Source of the DNA: Podarcis tiliguerta | Lineage: Eukaryota | Assembly: GCA_965153285.1 (NCBI GenBank) | Contig: OZ229129.1 | DNA: 64,000 nt | Reading direction: 5' to 3' (one strand) | Part shown: positions 35,712-50,800 of the stretch, one piece after another | Position numbering within the stretch: the first letter of the stretch is position 1 | Layout: every line of letters begins with the position of its first letter | The notes under the pieces: model-generated | Database searches by the model: none | What the model was told of the DNA's origin: nothing | What the model saw: the letters and a program-made list of their open reading frames with translations, nothing else | Program-made: the position numbers and the translations under genes

Positions 35712-38700
35712 GCAAGACACAATTACAAGGTACAGCAAGTGTGCAAGAGGATAAGATAGATACATAGCTAGGTAAAAGCTAAGACATTGATCCATAAGTG
35801 GCACACTCCCTGCATCTTCCTTTTGATGGATGGGGTAGGCATAGCTTTAGTATGACAAATGTTACAAGATTGGATGAGCAAATGGCACCCCTCCAGGCAA
35901 ATTCAGCTCATGAGGTCTGTTTACAACGGTGCTGTTAGCTCCATGTCCTAGAAGAGGAAAGTGTCACTAGGTTAGCATTTTATTTACTCTTCAGAAGGAG
36001 CCTCACTGCTGACAGGGGAATACCAGGGGCAGTTCCATGGGTGGAGGGATCTAACTAGGGGTGGTCAGTGACACAGGAACAAAACACTCTTCTGCTAATC
36101 AGCTTGGTCCCTTCTTGGGATCCAGTTCTCCATCTTCAAAACTATTAATCCCTTCCTTGGCTCTGACACTTGTTAGGGTCCTACTGACACCTTCCCCCAC
36201 CCTACCAGGATCCTCCTCACGGTCATCCAGCTCCAGCTTTCTAAGCTCTTCCCATTTCCTCCTAGGATTAGACCACCCACCCCATGACACTTCCATGGGA
36301 TTCATGACACTGTCATCCTCTGAACGGGTTGTAATCAAGAAGGCAGGCAGTTGGGAGCTTGCTGAGGGCAGACTCAGGTTGGTGGCTATTGCCCCATTCA
36401 CCCTGATGGATCAGCCTCCACAGATACCTTCCATAAATTAGGTAATTTAAAAATAACAGGGAAAGGGGGACTTGTAGCCTCACATAAATATATTGCTCGA
36501 CACAGCCATATGTATCGGCACAATGACCAAAACAATATGGTTGTATTAACAGATACTACCTACTTTTTAATGGATCTCAGCTGCCAGGATTAGCTACCAG
36601 TAATGTACTTTGAGCTGTCAGGCAATATCACAAACTGTGAGTGCATTACACGTTATAGGCATCAATTTTTTTCTAAGTGAAAAGGCATTTCAAATTCAAA
36701 ACACTTCACATCTAATGATGGGAAATTATCTTGATGGATCCCCTTCAGTTGGGAGGGAGAAGTGGGAGAGAACCACAACTGATCAGGAAGTGGTGAATTG
36801 TATACTCCACCCCCACCCTCAATCTACCCAGAGAAAGCTGAAAGGCATATGTCTGGATGAAGCAGATTGGGAATCTAAAAGCAAATGGAAGAAGACATTT
36901 TGAGGCTGCTCTGGTTGTCAGAAAATGAATGAGTACATGGAGCTATCGCCCTATGGCCAGAGCTTTCACAGGAATGACAAATGAATTCAAAAATCATCCT
37001 CATCTGAATCTCAGGGTTCATTTGGTTGTGATTCCTGCATTGCAGGGGGTTGAACTAGATGACCCTTGGGGTCCTTTCCAATTCTACAGTTCTATGATTC
37101 CATACTGACGTTCCAAAGGACATATTCTTCTTCCTAAAGTGGAACCAATACATCCAACACTCCTCATGACATTTGAAGAAAGCTGCTGAATCAGGCCCAA
37201 GACATATCTAGTCCAGCATCCTGTTCTCACAGTGGCCAGTCATATGAATATGGGAAACCTACAAGCAGGACTTGAACATAAAAGCACTCTCTTTAATTGT
37301 GATTTCCAGGAACAGGTAATTAGAGGAATTTGTCAGATAAGTGGCGGTAGAACCTAACCATTGTGACTGATAGCCATTGATACGTACTCAATGCTCTGTT
37401 CTTCCGTTTTTATTTCCAATTTTGCTAATGTGTATATTCTCCCTCCCCACACACACTAGAACTCATTTCAAGCAGAGTTCAAATCTAGAGTAAAGTGAGG
37501 CCCAACTCATAATGGAACATGGACTTCAGAATGATGGGAGTTTATATTCCAAATCCCTCACAGCTGAATTCCCCCACTATATCTCAGAAAAGTTATTTGT
37601 CTGATCAATTAACGATCTCCCCACTCCCCTCCAAACCTCAGATCATCCTCTAGTGGTGCTTCCAGAAACAAAGAATGGCCACCTTGCCAATTTGCACGTC
37701 CCTTCCCATCAGAGATGTTACATCCAGTGGCATTTGAGAGTCCCTATGCTGACAAATTGCATCCTGGCAGATGAGTTGGATCTTCCAGAAATTCATCCCA
37801 TCAAAAGAGGAACTGCTTCTTAATGCTGAATAGAGTTTGTTCCTTCCTAGCATGCTGTCAAACTCAGGTATCTCACACCACCTAAGATGGTGTCTCTGGA
37901 CAGACCTAATGCATGCTTACAACCCCAGAAGATAACTACTAATTCCAAAGATGTTGCCTTTCATACATTTCACACGAATGTGTGAACCTGAGAGTTTCAA
38001 ATATGGTGAAGCCAAAGAGTACAGCATTTACAAAGAAAGTAAACCTCCACCCCTCCACCCCCCCCCCACTGTACACTGTAGCAGTGGTGGAAGATCACCC
38101 ATTAGCAGGGATCACCAACTTCCAGTAGGCACACATGGAGAAAGTGTAATGGACACATGTCTTGGGGGGGGGGGAGGCTGTCATAACCCAAAATGACTGC
38201 CACATCTAAGAGAACAGAAAAAAGAGAGAAGATCACAAAATGGTATGGCTATGCTCTCCTCCAACAATGGGTCACTGTGGCTGCTCACCAAGGGAAGCTC
38301 TTTGGACATCTCTACTCTTCAGGAGAGAAGGTAGGGAGGGTGTTGGTGTTTTGTCATAACAGAAGGGAGGGAAGTTGAGTCCTGTCATATAATGAAATGC
38401 GAGCATCTCTGAAGGGAAGTGTTGTTCAATGTAGGAGAGGCAGACAGAAACAAGCAAACATTCTCTCATGCATTCTGCATTTTTCAGGTGATATTATTCC
38501 GCGGGTTCCAAAGGAAATACAAGTGAGCACATGGTTGCCTGTGAGGACTGTGTTGGCTACCCCTGTCATTACACAATCTTCAGCAACCTGGCATCCTGTA
38601 GATGTTTTGTAATACAACACCCATCAGCCCAAGGAATTACAGCTGTGGCGGCTGGAATTATGAGAGTTGTAGCCAAAACATCTAGAGGCAGCCAGGTTGG

Positions 38701-39558
38701 CAAGGGCTGCTTTGAAGAAACAGAATGTCTAAGAACCAAAAGAATGAGTCGGACAAGCTGATTGACAGTCTTTCTGCACTCTCTTGTTTTTTGCCTGAAA
38801 ACCAAACTGGTTACTGCTGCATTTCTGGTCCAGGTCAGGAGCCCTGAGGGAAAATGGCACCATCCCACCTGTCAGGAGGGATTTCAATATGAAATAGTAT
38901 TTTCTAAGGTGGCGGGGGGAGTGGGGGGACAGCCCTTTGAGATTGCCTCATTAGTCAGGGAGCATTTGCATGCCTATGGCTGAAGGCAAAGGATGACCTT
39001 AAGTTGCATTATCACAAGGAACATGATGTTTCACTTGGGGCAGGAGAAGGCAGCAGGAAATTAAAGCTTCAGACATTAGGAACTGGGGCTTTGATGGCCC
39101 TCTCCTAGCCAACATGGCATGCATAATAAATGGTACTAAAATAACAGGGTTGCAGGTTGGAACCATAGCTAGCTAGGAAACTGTTTCTTTCCTGGAAGCC
39201 ACAATCAGGACTATATTAAGGACCCAAAATACTGATAGGCCAAGGTCACAAACTACTTGTGTGCTGTAGTTGCAATTTAAAATGGAGATGTTTCCATAAA
39301 GTGCCAGCTCTAGGGATTTGTTTGTGTTTACAAGCAAGTGGTGTATAAATTTTATGAATAAAATAAATATCCCAGACCCTCAACCTGGTCTCCCTACCCA
39401 AGCTGCAAGGCTCTGTCCTCTCGCTATGTATAGTCTCCTCAATGTGTAACTCAGAACCAGTTCTCCCTATCTCACTCCCTATCTCCCAACCTGAAACCTG
39501 TTTAAAATCTCACTGTTTAAAATCTCAAATCCACCACTATCTCTCATCTTAAATCCAG

Positions 39559-39607
<49 letters not shown>

Positions 39608-39643
39608 ACTGCTCCTTTTATTCTTCCCCCCAAAGTGTTGTTC

Positions 39644-40811
39644 CTCTCCCCACTGTGGCCAGCTGACTCTGTAGCCAATGAACGAGAGGCTCCAGCACTC
39701 TGGTGGAGTTTCAGAGGAAATGCATCACCAGACGCTAGTCCGGCTCTGCTGTCCATCACAGATCCACTCTAAATTAACAGCCTTTTGTGTACACAGGTTG
39801 CTTTCAGCCAGATGAATGACCAGCAGGTCAAGTGAGCAGAAGTACTGAGCGTATTTGGAAAGCACTGGTCTAAAATCTCACCACAGCATCACAGTCTGGA
39901 AATCCAGGAAAACATGTGCCCAGGAACAGTGCTCGGAGCTTTATGCTCTGGCACTGGGGTGCTGAGAGCAGGCGGGGGTGTGGTGTGCGTCCTGGGAGTG
40001 TGGCGTCTAGCACAGGTGGGGGAGGCAGCCATGATAGCACCCCACTGGGATTGTGCTGCTGGGGGCAGTGTGCTCCCACCGCCCCCCTCTTCCTCCACCA
40101 GTGCCCAGGAAAACATGCACCCAAGGCAGAAGGCATAGCTGGTGAGACCACAGCATGCTGTTCCACCCAGAGCACTGTATGGTGCCTGATGATCCCACCT
40201 GCTTGTAGCCTGAAAATTAAGCAGAATTACTGACAGTAGTGTGCTCCCAAAGAAAGACGGACATGGCCCTGAAATGCACGCAGTCACCAACGCCTCACAG
40301 TCATTATCAGTTCGTCACTAACCCCTGAGAAGCAGCAGAAGTAACAGCCCCAATGTGAAAAAACTGAGTCCATGCTCTCTAGGGGATAGCCCCAAGCTCC
40401 CCATGGCTGCTCTTAGCACCCAGCCACCTGATCAGCCATGATCCATCCTGGTGAATGAACAGCTGGCTGCCTACAATAAACCAAAAGCTCAGAAAAACCA
40501 CTCATGTCCCAGACTGGACATGGGAGAATTGGAATAAGATCCTAGTGCCCCTATCACATTGGTCAGTCTCTGAACATCACATGAACTCTGAATCTGTACA
40601 GCTGACATCAACAAAGCACAAAGCCATGATGAGGAGTTGGTTTTGAAGCTCTCCCCACTGTGGCCAGCTGACTCTGTAGCCAATGAATGAGAGGCTCCAG
40701 CACTCTGGTGGAGTTTCAGAGGAAATGCATCACCAGACGCTAGTCCGGCTCTGCTGTCCATCACAGATCCACTCTAAATCAACAGCCTTTTGTGTACACA
40801 GGTTGCTTTCA
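39644..40811. repeat. 163-bp direct repeat pair (39644-39806 and 40649-40811)
   Basis: 2 mismatches in 163 bp; separated by 842 bp of unrelated sequence. Confidence 0.92.
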
Positions 40812-41874
40812 CTTACTCTCAGAGAGCCAAAAGGGCCAGTGTGAATGCCACCCGGAAAAAGTGAGGCCTCATAAGGGGACCAACAAACAGAAGGAACTCA
40901 AGGCAGCACATGCATTTGGTTAACAGGTGCTTCCTGCCAGGACCAGGCCTGCTTAGCTTTATCAAGGTGGTAGCTTCATGTGCCTTCAAACCATACCCTG
41001 GGACCAGGATATCCTTAGCATTGGTTGGGAGTAAGCTATTCTCAGCATACATTGACCAGGCTACATAGGAATGGTCTATAGAGGGATCAGCATAAGGAGA
41101 CGAAGTGGATGTGGAGGCCAAATAGTTCCATCAGTTCCATCCCGATGATGGCATAATAGCCATTAGGAAATAAACAGAGAACATTATTTTGGCAAGGAAT
41201 ATTGACAGAAGGGCCTGTTGTGCCACAGGTGCCATATCTTGAGACTTATCATTTTCTCTTTGTCTCCCAATAGCTGAAATTTGCTATGTGGCAAAAGAAC
41301 AACCCTCCCAGTCACACAGATGTTTGAGAAGGCATTACGAAATGGCTGATCAGCCTCCAAAGTAGGCCTCGATCTATTCTCCTTCAGTCTTCTCTGACTG
41401 GGCCCACCACTAATTATAGTTGCATTTCTTCAAATTAGGCGCCTTTGATATGTTGTCAGTGTTATTAAATGAGGGAGTCTGGCAGCGTGCATTCCCCCTC
41501 TGGCCACTGGCAGATCATATCTTGCAAGGAGATAGTGTGAATTAGATAATTGTACTTAACATGAACTAAACCAAAATAAAATCTACATTGGGATGACTGA
41601 CCTTATATATATGGCTATATATATATATATATATATATATTGCTCCACTGGTATTTTCTATCTGATGAAATACCTCATTTTCTTTTTTAAAAAAATAAAC
41701 TTTCCCCAACCTGGCACTAGTGTTTTTTATTTTTAAAGAAAGAACTTTGTCTGCATTTTCATGTGAATTTCTCCCAAGAAATTTTGATATGCAATTCTTC
41801 CTAATAGAAATATTTTTGCAAAATAATTTCCCAAATATATTGCATTTTTGTATGCTATTTTCACACATACAAAC

Positions 41875-42300
41875 ATTTTTGTTAAAAAAAAAATTATTCA
41901 CTTTTTCTAATCAATACAAACACCAAACCAAAAAGACACATACAACAAAAAACCATAACAATAATAACACAAATTGACAACTCAAATTTAAATATAGTAA
42001 TATCCCTTGTTATCACCACTTTCTCCCCCCTCTATTTCCCACTGTTATCCGCCTTGTCACTTAGATATTCGTTCCAAATTTCTTCGTATTTTCGTATTTA
42101 TCCATTCTTATTTTGCACCGACAAGCAATTCTTTCGTATGTAGCTAATCTGTCTATATTATCAATCCATATGCTCAGTGGAATCTTTTTGCAACTCTTCC
42201 AATTCACCAAAACAAGGTGTGTGTTTTTTGCTTCTAATATAGCACAATACAACCACATTTTTTGGCCCCTTGAGATCTTCCAAGTTTCTAGAATATAATT
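41875..42300 (-). mobile_element. L1 3' end fragment
   Basis: ILEAKNTHLVLVNWKSCKKIPLSIWIDNIDRLATYERI; A-rich tail. Confidence 0.65.
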
Positions 42301-44629
42301 TAGAATTAAAGGATGGTGGAGAAGTAGGAAATAGGTTGGCTAAGGAAAGGAAGAAAAAAAGCAATGTTTCTGGGGCTGGCCAGCCAGTGGCAAGTCAAAG
42401 AGGATGAGAAGAGTTATCTGAGTGAAAAGCTCACTGGGTTAAAAAAAAATAAAAAAAAATGAAAGCAAGGCAACCCCTGGGACTCCAGGCAATCTCAGGG
42501 GTCTTTGTGTTTCACATACTCACAAACATTCATTTTTGTGCACATTATTTGGCTAAATAGCTGCATTTCGAAAATTCAGAGAAGTGCGAATTTCAAAGGA
42601 TGTTTCAGTTTGCATATTGTTTCAGAAAACACAAATTGGGTAGGTTTGCCTTTAAAAATGAATTGGCTTTCTACCTGGTACCCTCAACATGTGTTAGACC
42701 ATTCATTGTTTGCCATCTGAATTTCCCCATTAACTCTGGGCTTCAGAGACAACTTTCTGCAGTAGAAGCAATGCATCAGAAAACCTGAATTGTTTCTTGT
42801 TTCTTATTTCTAAATCTCAGCACAGAGTGTTGAACATTTGTAGACTTTCTTGATCTCCTACATTCATCAAGGGAGCAAGTATTGTAGGTAGGTTTTTAGC
42901 CAACTGACCTTTCAAACACTTTAGGATAAATTGCCCAAAATGCAAGGGTACAAGGCAAGAATCACCTAAAACACCTAAAACAGTCATGCTAAAAACAATG
43001 GTAAAATCACTTCTACAAGTTGGAGGAAGATTAGTTTTTGAAAGGCACCTGTCTTCTCAGCCCATAGGAAGCAGCATTTGGGACAAAATGCCCGCTACCT
43101 TGACAGAGGGCTAGGTCTAACAAGTGCAGATGCAAACCATACAACCATCACCTTCAAGCTCTCTTCTTTACCCATCCATGATATCTGCTCCATTCAGCCA
43201 TGTTAGGGCTCTGCAGGCAGAAGAGCAATGTGTGTTGCTCGGCTGATCAGCAGCTATTCTTTTCCAACATGAAGGTTATTAATGGCTATAATCCATCAAG
43301 TAATGGTCCTAAGGAAATGAATCTCCTGACAAGTAACCTTGCCACATCTGAAAACTTAGGTGGCTGTTGACATTGCTTGTAGAGAATTTCAGCAAGACAG
43401 CAGTTGAACAATGGCACTGGAGAAGTCTTCCAGAGGAATATATATATGGCTTTGTTTATGAATCACTTCTCATAATATACCCCAAAGCAATTTCGCAGTG
43501 ATCTTTAAAACAAACAGTTTGTCTATTTGTAAAAGACAAATAGAGACGGCACCTGCTTGGAACGTGATGGAAAAGTTCCAAAGGGCAGGTGCCACAACAC
43601 TAAAGGCCTGATTCCTACACTGTATGGATCAAACCTCTTGGTGATGTGGTGATCTTGGAGGAGGCCCTGTCCTGCACAGTTGGTTATATAAAGGATGAGT
43701 AAAGTGCTGCATTTCCTGTCATTGCCATAAGCATTTGTATGTAGGGATGAGGGACAAATTCAGTTCAGTTTGTATCTGGATATGAACCTACCTAATTTGC
43801 ACTTCCTGAAAAAAATGTGTGAACCAAGCTATCCTTAAAAATATCACAAGTCTCTGAATTTTGTCATTCCCCAACCAAAAAAAAAAAAAAGGGGGGGGAG
43901 AATGTATAGGAAGGGAAAACATGTATTCTATCTTTTTGAAGATAGCATTTTAAAACGACATTAGGGAAGTTGTTTGCAAAAAAAAAAAAGGACAAAGTTG
44001 GGGGAGGATATATTAGCCAAATTGCATATGCTGATTAAGCTTGGTGTGGACTTTTCATTTTATTTTATATGCATACTATTGCAGAAATATATAGCAAACT
44101 GAGCTTAAGATTGGAAAAATGAGAAATGGAGAAGAACTGAAACTGACATGTGTCATCTATCCCAATGTGAATATGTGCTCTATTCTGATGTCTGAGATCC
44201 AAGTTAGGATGGCAGGTGGCATTATTTATTAATTTATGTGTACTCTCAGACACCTTCATAAATAATTTATCTGGGGCATCATATAAATCAATTAAAAACC
44301 TGCAGTTAAGAATTCCCTCAATAAATCTGTTAAAATATCCAAATAAATGCCACTGACCCATGTGGTTCCCAGGTGGTCAACCACCCAGTCATTGACTACA
44401 ATCAATGGTCCGTGCTTCTCATCTGATCTGAAAGTCAGCTCTCACCTAATTTTCTACATTTAAAAAAGAAAAAGAACCACAGTTCTCAATCTTTCCATGT
44501 TTTCGAAGCTCAACTGCATGTTTGTGAGTGATTTAACAAGAGCTCTCTGTAGTTTTCCAATGCCATGGTGTTTCCTGGAGTGTCCATGATAGCCATCCTA
44601 TGTAGCAGTTTTGACAAAAAGGATATGGT

Positions 44630-46258
44630 TTGAAAAAAGTAAAATATTTGGGGATTTGGTTAACACCTAAAAATATTGACCTGTTCCAGAATAATTATGT
44701 ACCGGTTTGGAAGGAAATAAGGAAAGATCTGGAGGTGTGGGGCAGAATGAAACTGTCCTTTTGGGGCAGAATTTCCACAATCAAGATGAGGGTGCTTCCA
44801 AAGATGTTATTTTTATTTCAGACTATCCCCATTATAAAGGGGGTAGAGATTTTTAAAGAGTGGCAAAAAGTGATTTCAAGGTATATTTGGCAGGGCAAGA
44901 AGCCAAGAATAAAATATAAGTTATTAACAGATGTGAAAGAAAGAGGTGGCTTCACCCTGCCAGATATGAAATTATATTATGAAGCAGCATGCCTTTGCTG
45001 GTTAAAAGAATGGATAAAATTAGACAATAAGGAATTATTAGATCTTGAAGGTTTTGATAACAGATTTGGATGGCATGCATACTTACGGTGTGATAAGAAG
45101 AAAATTCATCAAGGTTTTGGGAACCACATCTTCAAAAATTCGTTAATAGAAGTATGGGACAGGTACAAAAATCTGTTGGAACCAAAAGTTCCACACTGGC
45201 TATCTCCGTTAGAAGTTATGAGTGTAAAGAAAATTAATATGAGAGGTAACTGGATCACATATGGTGAAATGGTGATTAAAGAGGAGGGGAAATGGAAGTT
45301 AAAGCCGTATGAACAAATTAAAGAACATGTATATGATTCGTTGCATTATTTTCAGGTTAATGAAATGTTTAAAAAAGATATAAAAGAATGTGGATATGGA
45401 GAAAAAGACTCAAAGTTTCAAACAATGAATGTAAAATTTTGTCAAAAATGTATAAAATACTGTTGGAATGGAACATGAAAGACGAAGAGGTTAAATCGGT
45501 AATGATACAATGGGCCAAAGACTTTGGGTATAATATACAATTTGATGGTTTACTGCATGTACTGCGTTGAAGGAAAATGTTATGAAAATGTTCTACAGAT
45601 GGTACATCACGCCGGTAAAATTAGCAAAAATGTATAAGACATGTAATAAGTGTTGGAAATGTAAAGAAAAAGAAGGAACATTTTATCATATGTGGTGGGA
45701 ATGTAAGAAAGTGAAAGGTTTCTGGGATGCGATTTATAATGAATTGAAAAAGATGTCAAAATTTACTTTTGTGAAGAAACCAGAAGCCTTTCTTTTAGGA
45801 ATTACAGGAAAAGAAGAAAAAACTGTAAACTCTTTCAATATGCAGTTACAGCAGCAAGGACTTTATTGGCTCAAAAATGGAAACAAGAGGAAATACCGAC
45901 AATAGAAGAATGGAGAATGAAATTGACAGATTATGCGGAATTGGATAAACTAACTGGGAAAATCAGATATGCCCGAGACCAAAAGTTCATCGAAGACTGG
46001 GGAAAGTTTGTAGAGTATCTGAAAAATGTATGTGATATACAAACAACGCTAGTGGGGTTTCGAGAGGCACTGTAAAAATCGAGAGATATTGTCAAAAAGA
46101 AATAGAAGGGAGAGGGAAGACAAATGGCAATATGTATAAAGGGAATGCGTAATTAAGAGATAAATATGGATGATTGTCAGAGAAGCTGAAGGAAGTCCAA
46201 AAGGGATGCTTTGTTATAATTTGGATAAAAATGTACAAATGTATTGGAAAATTAATAA

Positions 46259-46309
<51 letters not shown>
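44630..46309 (+). mobile_element. L1 LINE, 5'-truncated (post-RT domain, Cys-rich domain and 3'UTR)
   Basis: KYLGIWLT, LSFWGRISTIKMRVLPK, WQGKKPRI, GGFTLPD, CWKC..GTFYHMWWEC; AATAAA plus (TA)n tail; 17-bp TSD gacaaaaa[g/a]gatatggt (44613-44629 and 46310-46326). Confidence 0.93.
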
Positions 46310-46310
<1 letters not shown>

Positions 46311-48500
46311 ACAAAAAAGATATGGTGAGCTGTTCCTGTTTTTGGAGTTTAAAACTGCCAAATCCTCATCTCTAAGAGCCAGGCAGTTTGCTACCCTCCA
46401 GATGTTGGTGAACTACAATTCCCACAGTCCCTGACCATTGGCCATATTGGCTTGCCCTGATGGGCTTTGTAGCCCTGAAGGGTGCAACATTGGCTGCTCC
46501 TGCCTAAGAGCACCACTGTGGACCTAAGATTGAACAACGTGATATGCTTGAATTCTTCCTTATGCTTTCAATCTCCACCCACCATTCTGCATCTTTTTGC
46601 TACTGACACACTCTGATTTCTACACTGTAATTAAAGTAATGAGGTTGGGTGTCAGAGAGCTGCACTGATGCAAACCTTTGTGAGGAAGGAAAGCATTTGA
46701 ATTGTTTCCTTAATGTCCACTTGCGCTCTGTTAACTCTGCATAAAGTTTAAAGACCTCTGCTTCATTTACGATTTCCTCAGCATCTCTTAAATTGTAATT
46801 GTTTTTTTTCTCTTTTCTTTTTGTCTCTATCTCTTTCTGACCTGGCAGGGACATGGTAGGACAAAGCATCTTTGCCCCAGTGTGTCACCTTCACAAAGGT
46901 AAGGCAGTTGTTGGTGGGGGTGGTGGGCTCAGTTGGCCTGGCCAGGTGGGTGGTGGTGTGCGTGTGACATCATACAATGTGACAGGCTCCCCAATGTTGG
47001 GGAAAACTTGGTGTGTCTGCCATTGGCCAATCTGGCTGGGGCTGATGAGAGTTGGACTCCAAACACATCTGGTGGGCCACAGATTCCACACCTCTGTGCT
47101 ATGTTTGGCTACAGAATTGCCACACAGTGTGGCCAAAACTCTGAAAAGAAAATATCTGAGCAATCATTCTGTCTCCAGCCGTTCAGTTTGGAAAGGATTG
47201 CTTCTCCAGGATAAGAAGCCTGTCTTCTCCTTCTAGGCTGCCATAACCCTTGAATGTTACCGGTAATTGCCAGCCATGCCCCACAGGAGACTGCAGGGGA
47301 GGACCAAAGTTGTGCAAGATGCATGAAAAAAAAGGAGGGAGGGAAAAAGAAAGAAAGAGAGAAGACTCTGGGTTGAAGGGGGGAAAAATGAGAGTTGGGG
47401 ATGTTGATCTGAAAAGGAAAGGGAGACCCAGTGCAGATTCGGCCTTTGTGAGATCCTGAGAGAGTTTCTCTAATGGTCTTTGCAAGTCATTATTTCCTTT
47501 ACATATTCTCATCTCTCCGACAAAAGAGAACACATAAATCACTTCTCCTTGTCCCAGTTTGACCCCACAACCTCTGTAAGATAATGAGGAGCTGCACCTA
47601 TCTCCCCCACTCTCACTGCCAAGATTTATATCAAAGGACATTAATTCTCCATGATAACATCTCTATTTTTTAAATGCAAATGCCCCCTGATCCTTCCCTG
47701 AAATCTGCTCGGTGGGCTGCTTTTAACTCAACGTGTCTGAAATTTCCTTAGAAATTGGTGAAATTGGCTTGGCTGTCTCACAAGTTGGTGGATGCTCCTG
47801 GGAGCAGATTCTAATGCAGATTTCACTACATGGGGGCTGAACTAGATTGCAGACAGACTCTAAGAGACTTTGCACACATATTTCACACTGCACGTTTTCT
47901 CCTGCGATATGCATTCAGGAAAACAGCCACGTCCAGCATCATGCACTGCTGAACACAGAAAATGAGTGATTTGCTAAGGTGAGCACTGGTCTGACTTGGA
48001 ATACAAACTTGCTCTGTGCATAATGCTCCCTTGTGCCTTGAACGATGCAACAGCATTGTCCTAGGCACCAGAGCCCTGGGAAGTGTACTTTGGGGGTGCT
48101 CTGGGAATTGTATATACCATGACTCCTTACATCTGAGACACTGTTGTCAACATGCACAGCACCAGCCTAAGCACATGGAGCTCTAGGACGTAACAGTTCC
48201 CAAAGTTCCTGATGCCAGCAGTAAAAATTGAAAATGCTACATTTTGCAGAATTCCTGGCCTTCAGAATGCTTTTGGGTGAGGGGGGATCAGAGGCATTTT
48301 GGCATATCCCAGGAATAAAGAACCTCAGGCCTGGGGCCCAAATGCAGCCCTCTAGGTTTCTCTATCTGGCGATTAAACATGCCTCACCTACCCTGCTTTA
48401 CACCCTCCTTGAGTGTTTTTGCCTGTCTGGAATGTGTTCTTTAACTCACATAATGCCTCTAGCTCAGCTGGATGAGGATAGAAAGGGCTGTATGAGTATA

Positions 48501-48742
48501 CAGTGGTACCTCGGGTTACATACACTTCAGGTTACATACACTTCAGGTTACAGACTCCACTAACCCAGAAATATTACCTCGGGTTAAGAACTTTGCTTCA
48601 GGATGAGAACAGAAATCTGGTGGTGGCGGTGCAGTGGCAGCAGGAGGCCCCATTAGTTAAAGTGGTGCTTTAGGTTAAGAACAGTTTCAGGTTAAGAATG
48701 GACCTCCAGAATGAATTAAGTTCTTAACACAAGGTACCACTG
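48501..48742. mobile_element. Tc1/mariner-type MITE
   Basis: TA|CAGTGGTACC...GGTACCACTG|TA. Confidence 0.9.
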
Positions 48743-50269
48743 TACATAGAAACTAGTCTGCTATACACTTGCATCCACTCATTTTTGCCTTTGGCACCCA
48801 CTCACCACTGGCATGCACATTTTGGATAGCTGCCCAAAAGAAAATGAAGCCCTCTGGCTAAAACAGGTTCCCCTCCCCTGCTTATCCCACTGATTTGCAT
48901 TGTGAAATTAGGATCTTAGATTGGCAAGTATGTTTATTCCCAGGCCATGTTACTTTTGCATACAGACCCTCATAAATACATCCTGTTCAATTCTGCCACC
49001 ACAGTCATCCTCATTATTTTTTAAAAGATCCATCCCAAAATCCACCTTTAAATATGGATATTTCATGTGTTTTCTTTCAAAAGATGCATTATAAAATGTG
49101 CAGTTTTTTTAGCCAAGTACTGCACTACAACACTGAGAGGGAAATATGAAATCATTGCAATACACACACTAGTCTAAGAGCTATGGATTGGTTTCAGTTT
49201 ACATTTGGAATTTGAAAAGATCAAATTCCTCAAGCATCCCTAATTATGGCTAGGAAGATCTCTGGAGGGGAAAGCCTGGAGCCTGGGCTAGCTAATGAAT
49301 TCCTTGTCCTCTCCTCTATGCATCTCCACCCAACGGCTCCTGTTCATTCTCAAGGTGTTCTGTCCTAATGAAAACAAGGTCACGCTTGCTCAGCAGCTGA
49401 TGGACAAGAAAGGAACAGGTGGAGAAGCTGTGCAGTCGTGTAGGTTTTTATTCTGACATCCTTAATGGAATACAGATTTCAGCATTGCTGAAAGAGCTTA
49501 TGCTTGAATAGCGAGAGAAGAATTATCCCATTGTCAGACACGGCTCAGGAATCATCAGGCGCGTAGTGCAAATATTTTGTTCTCAATGGAATGCAGGGGG
49601 AAAAAACAAGGAGATGTTGAAGATTGAAGATTGAAAACACGGCACCTTCTCTCTATACATGAGAGATAAAGCGACCGCATCTGATAAGTAACTGCATCTG
49701 AAAAGAACACTTGGATTCACAGACTAGTTTGGCCCATGATGGCTATACTTGACACACAAACGCACCCATGCAAAATTACTGCAGTTTGAATAGGATGAAA
49801 AATTAATATTTTAGTCATGAACCACTGGATTATTCTTATTCCAGATATTTCTTATGCAGGGGAACCTTATTCAGTCAAGCAACCACATTCGCTTGCGGGA
49901 CTGCACACCAGTTTCAGGTGTGGCCACACACAAATCTCCATCCATGCAAACAAGAGGCATTATTACAGTTCAAGGGCACATTCCAGCTAGGTGAACTTAC
50001 TAGCAGAGGGTATCGAGCAGAGCCAGTGAGGTGGGTAGCCTGATTAGAGTTCCAAGGGCCATCTATAGAGGCCTGTAGGTCGACATTCAGTTCCTGGATC
50101 CTAGTTACCTATTTCTGATTTAATATATGGCGAGTTCACTCTGTGATGCATTACACTCACCTTGAAGACCAGACTAACTAGAACCCTATTTGGCTGTTCA
50201 AATCCCTCACATGATGTGGGAAGTCGATCACAAGCATTCTACTTCTACCCCTGAAGTGGGAAGCCCTTC

Positions 50270-50800
50270 TTTTTCCAAATAATTTTTATTTATTTTTTAT
50301 TCGTTTTCCAAATTATTACAGATCAGACCAAATTACTTTAATACAATTTCTTTTAAAAAATAATAATCAAGTTTCCTGCTCCTGTTGCAAACATATGTCC
50401 ATCACTTCCTCCTGCAGCTGCTTCATCTCTTCTTTAATATCCACTTGATCCTTCACTTGATGTTAGTCGATCCTCGCAGCTGGCTATTATTCTGTCCTTA
50501 CAGACTATTATTCTGTCCTTATTCTGTCAATTCTTATAAATATAAAATCCACTTATTCTGTGAACCACCCTGAGACCCCTGGGTATAAATTTGATTATTA
50601 ATAATAATAATTTCATGTTTGTAGTCCTTCGTAAACGTTGTCCTCAGATCTGGTGTATTGAGAGAGTTAATTGCTATCTTCTTCTGTTTAGTTCCCTGCA
50701 GTGCTTGCAAAATGAATTCACATTCCATTCCTTCTGCTGTTCACCAGCTTGTGTACAGGATGCAGCTATAAATAACTCCCAGATAACATGTCCAATCTCC
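50270..50800 (-). mobile_element. L1-like 3' end with A-rich tail
   Basis: Minus-strand AATAAA and poly-A at about 50270-50300; the upstream sequence resembles the L1 ORF2 C-terminus. Confidence 0.5.

Noticed and set aside
44630-46075. 282-aa and neighbouring ORFs as a functional protein
   Set aside because: This is a 5'-truncated, frameshifted L1 ORF2 C-terminus bounded by a TSD.
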